Virus record (IMG/VR): IMGVR_UViG_2740892231_000012
Length of the DNA: 41,599 bases
Reading direction: 5' to 3' (one strand)
Source: a virus
Lineage: Duplodnaviria > Heunggongvirae > Uroviricota > Caudoviricetes
The stretch's first letter is position 1. The number at the start of each line of letters is the position of its first letter. Below are positions 38,392 through 41,599 of the stretch, piece by piece. The notes beneath the pieces are model-generated. The model saw only the letters and a program-made list of their open reading frames with translations. It searched no databases and was not told the DNA's origin. The position numbers and the translations under genes were made by a program.

Positions 38392-40597
38392 TCAGGCCAG
38401 CGGGTCATTTTCTTTTAATTTCGCTTCGAGCAACTGCAATCCCCGCTGGAAATTGCGCTCGTATTCTTCATCAGGCTCATCATCAACGGCAGGTTGCTGA
38501 ACGGCCACCGTATTACCTACCGGGCGATAGATGTTTTCCAGCCAGGGCTCCTGCGGCTTGTGCTCCAGCACGTTGACAACCTCATCCTCGGCATCACGGA
38601 TTTTTTCCTCTGCGCGTTTACGCATGCCTTTAAGGCGTTGCTGCTGTTTGTAGTATTCCGCGCTAACCGGGAAGGCTTCGCGTTTATTACCGTCCCATAC
38701 CGCCTCGCAAATCACGCTGCCATCCAGGCGACGTACGGTAATTCGTTCGGCATCATGAATGTCATAGCTGATAAGCACCTTGCGGCCATGCTCATCACGC
38801 AGCTCGGGCGCGTAGTAAATATTATTCAGCCAGCGTATTTCACAGCGTCTTACAGGGCGTTCCACCATCGGCCGGAACATGTCCCGCAATTCCACATCGG
38901 ACAGCCATTCAATTTCCGTGTCCTCTTCCGCCAGGCGTTTTTTTCTGAACTCCGCCGGGCTGTAATGCTTGCCGTTCGGCTTCACCGGTAATTCATCGTG
39001 CGGCCGGTTGTTGTACCACTCAACACCATCACGAATGGCATCAATCAGTTCAGACCAGGACGGTAAATCACGCATCGCTGACTGCTGCCGGGCGTTCAGC
39101 CGTTTGCCCTGTTGCAGGGCAGTAAATGCCGAGCGTAAATCGCGGTTGGTTTTGCGTAACGTCTCGCGATCTGCACCTTTCCCGAAATAGGTGCGGTATT
39201 TACGGGCTATGCGCATCGGTAATGTGCGGTTAAGCCGTTCGATAATGCCTCGTCCCTGCGGATTACCGGCAATCCCGGTCGGGTGATTAATCCCCAGTCG
39301 CGGCAGTATCCCCACAACCTCCTTATCCAGGATGTCGGCGGTTTCCCCGGAGCCGTTATCCGAGTAATACAGAAACGGTTTGCCGTGATGGCGAATGCCG
39401 TGCTGTATGGCACCGGCTACGGCGAAAACATTTTCAGCCAGGTCAAGGCTCCAGCCCACCACAAAGCGCGTGCCACCGTCGATAACAAAGGTCACTTCCG
39501 GTGCAAATGGCCGACCGTGAACCGGGTGTGCGCATTTCAGCTTCATGCCGTGACCGTCACCAATCCAGACATAATTCACCGGCATTTTTGACCAGTCGCG
39601 GCGCGTGAATCCCTCAAGCTGGCGGTATTCACTGCCGGTCACCCGGCCTTTTTGTTTCACCACTTCCGGCAGTTTCTTCATTGCGCGGCGAATGGTGTCA
39701 TAAGACGGCATGATATCGAGCATATAAGGCTCATCAGCGTGCCGGTGCTGCCATTCAGCGACAAAATCCTCGTAAGCCTCGGTCATTGGTCGGCCGTTTG
39801 ACTGGCGATACTGCGCCAGAAATTCGGGCAGCCAGTTAATATCTTCGGCTTTTATTTCCTGGCGCTTACCCGGTGCCAGTAAAAGCAGGCGTTCAGCGGC
39901 GTTCTGCGCCTTGTTAAAGGCCGCAATCCAGCGTTTCAGCGTGATTTCACTTAACGCGCGGCTGTTTCCCTTTTTGGCGTTCGCCGTCTCAACCATTGCC
40001 ACAATGCGCTCGTCCAGCTGCGAACGNNNNNNNNNNTGCAATCCAGCGTTTCAGCGTGATTTCACTCAACGCACGGCTGTTTCCCTTTTTGGCGTTCGCC
40101 GTCTCAACCATTGCCACAATGCGCTCGTCCAGCTGCGAACGTGCCAGGTTGTCAACGATAAACCGGATAGCCTTCGCACAGCTGAAACCAGGTTGTTGCG
40201 CGACTTTCAGAACTTCGCTGACGATCGCGATTCGTGCATCAGCCACCTGGCGCTGGTTTTCAGTCAGGGCATTAAGGCGTTCGAGCATCAGTTGTGGTGA
40301 TCCGCGATATGCCTCCACCGCATCAACCACGGCAGGCGAGCGTCTGGCCTTTGTCACCACCGGAGCTGGTGATTCATCGGCTTTTTGCGTCATCAGTTGC
40401 AGGGCGTAGCGTTCACGTAATGCCTGCTGCGTCACTTCAGGTAAACAGTCGATGCTGTATTCAGTTGCTTTAGAGCCTGAGCGACGACGGGAACAACAGC
40501 TTTTCCCTTGTACGTAACGTTGTAATGCCTGGCGAATACCTTTTGTTGTAGCAGGCATTCCGGGCGCGCCAATCAGTTCTTTTGCAATGACATACAT
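38392..40597 (-). CDS. A: DDE transposase A (MuA-like); includes N10 gap at 40027-40036 and a duplicated flank of about 100 bp
   Basis: Long ORF downstream of ner, with MuA-like N-terminal DNA-binding region and catalytic core. The track shows ...ARSQLDERIVAMVETANAKKGNSRALSEITLKRWIA on both sides of the gap. Confidence 0.9.
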
Positions 40598-40598
40598 A

Positions 40599-40847
40599 TC
40601 ATGACGCCTTTCTCATATAGCTCTTAACCTGGTATCTACTGGGCCAGATTTCTTCAGGCGATACCCCAAGAGCATCAGCAATTATTTGCTGATACGGTCG
40701 GCAAGGAGTACGTAATACGCTTTTCAGCGAATCCCTGCTGTAACCAGCCTTTAAAGATAAAGAGCGCAGTGATAAGCCAGCCATGTGTAAGCGCGCCTTG
40801 ATGATTTCAGGCGGCCAATCGTGATCTGAAACTTCTCTTCTACTCAT
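40599..40847 (-). CDS. ner: Ner-like DNA-binding regulator
   Basis: 82 aa; ...AGLSLRSLSLKAGYSRDSLKSVL...QQIIADALGVSPEEIWPSRYQ resembles Mu Ner / Nlp. First gene of the early operon. Confidence 0.8.
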   Translation of the reverse strand: MSRREVSDHDWPPEIIKARLHMAGLSLRSLSLKAGYSRDSLKSVLRTPCRPYQQIIADALGVSPEEIWPSRYQVKSYMRKAS

Positions 40848-41014
40848 ACTTCCTCTATTCTAAAAAGTTACCCGCGCGGATATTCGTGCGGATATCTGTA
40901 CGGGTAAATAATAGAACAAACAAAAGAACCAGATCAAGGTATTTTGTTCTTTTTATTCTTTGTAGTGTTTTTGTTATTAATATCAATAAGATAAATACAA
41001 AGGAACCTGAGAGC
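40848..41014. promoter_or_regulatory. Divergent operator/promoter region between ner (early promoter) and the c repressor
   Basis: 167-bp AT-rich spacer between divergently transcribed ner and repressor genes, equivalent to the Mu operator region. Confidence 0.6.
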
Positions 41015-41599
41015 ATGAACATGAAAAACAGTTCTTTTCTCGACGAAGGAAAAGAACCAGTGATCGAACGGATTTTTCGTCTTGCAGAGCGTTACAAATC
41101 GAGAAGTGAGGCGGCTAGAGCATGGGGAATAAACGTTCAGACATTGCAGAACTACTACAAAAGGAGAAACAATCAGCCGCCACCACAACCAAGAAAGCAC
41201 CATCTCCAGAACATTGCAGAAAGAGAACATGTATCTATGGAGTGGCTAGTCCATGGTTATGGTGATGAGCCAAGCATGAAAAAAGAACCAATTGAACAAG
41301 CAAAAAGAACAAAAAAACAAAGAATTGATGATAGTGATTCCATCATCATGAGGGCGTGGGACTCGCTAACTTCATCTGAACAAGAGATTTTGTCCAACTT
41401 ATTGATCAGAAAAGGGGCCGAACTACTAACCGTTTTGCTTGATACAGATATTCAAAAACTGCACTCATTGAGCGGAGTCAAAAGAGCACTAGCATTGAGT
41501 CTACAAGAGTTACCCGATGATACTGTAAGAGAGATTTATGAAGAATGTGAAGCTAAGGTTAATCATTTAAATGTAACCCAGAAAAAGGCTAGTGCGTAA
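41015..41599 (+). CDS. c: Repressor c-like protein
   Basis: ATG at 41015 preceded by AAGGAA; 194 aa to the stop at the window edge; divergent from ner at the position of Mu c. The ORF track starts earlier at 40886, inside the operator region. Confidence 0.65.
   Translation: MNMKNSSFLDEGKEPVIERIFRLAERYKSRSEAARAWGINVQTLQNYYKRRNNQPPPQPRKHHLQNIAEREHVSMEWLVHGYGDEPSMKKEPIEQAKRTKKQRIDDSDSIIMRAWDSLTSSEQEILSNLLIRKGAELLTVLLDTDIQKLHSLSGVKRALALSLQELPDDTVREIYEECEAKVNHLNVTQKKASA

Larger units (their letters stand above)
286..41599 (-). mobile_element. Mu-like transposable prophage, right end through c repressor; left end lies beyond the window
   Basis: Mu-like gene order throughout: com/mom, gin, G-like segment, tail, head, lysis, C, gemA, gam, B, A, ner, c. 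Three TTTGATAC direct repeats at 298-364 beside the host junction resemble transposase end-binding sites. Confidence 0.9.

Noticed and set aside
1-41599. rRNA or tRNA genes
   Set aside because: No cloverleaf-like or rRNA-like segments were noticed by eye; this cannot be excluded without a dedicated scan.

Overview
The window is almost entirely a Mu-like transposable prophage, reverse-oriented relative to the canonical Mu map. The first 285 bp are the 5' end of a phnM-like host gene, which stops prematurely at the prophage right end (about 286-400, with three TTTGATAC direct repeats). Reading rightwards the window then runs: com-mom DNA-modification module; a non-Mu cargo block containing a 679-aa SASA/NanS-p-like esterase and small ORFs; gin invertase; a short G-like invertible tail-fibre segment flanked by inverted gix-like sites; baseplate, tape measure, tube and sheath; head genes (major head, protease/scaffold, portal, terminase); lysis cassette (SAR endolysin, overlapping spanins, releasin-like); Mor/C activator; GemA; a semi-essential early region of small unknown ORFs including Gam; B; transposase A; Ner; operator region; and the c repressor on the opposite strand, ending at the window edge. 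The left phage end is not in the window. Fifteen N10 gaps are each flanked by near-identical direct repeats of roughly 80-180 bp, which look like unmerged contig overlaps, so several gene coordinates include duplicated sequence. All homology calls are from reading the translations and from recalled Mu gene order; no searches were run. No rRNA, tRNA or CRISPR array was seen.
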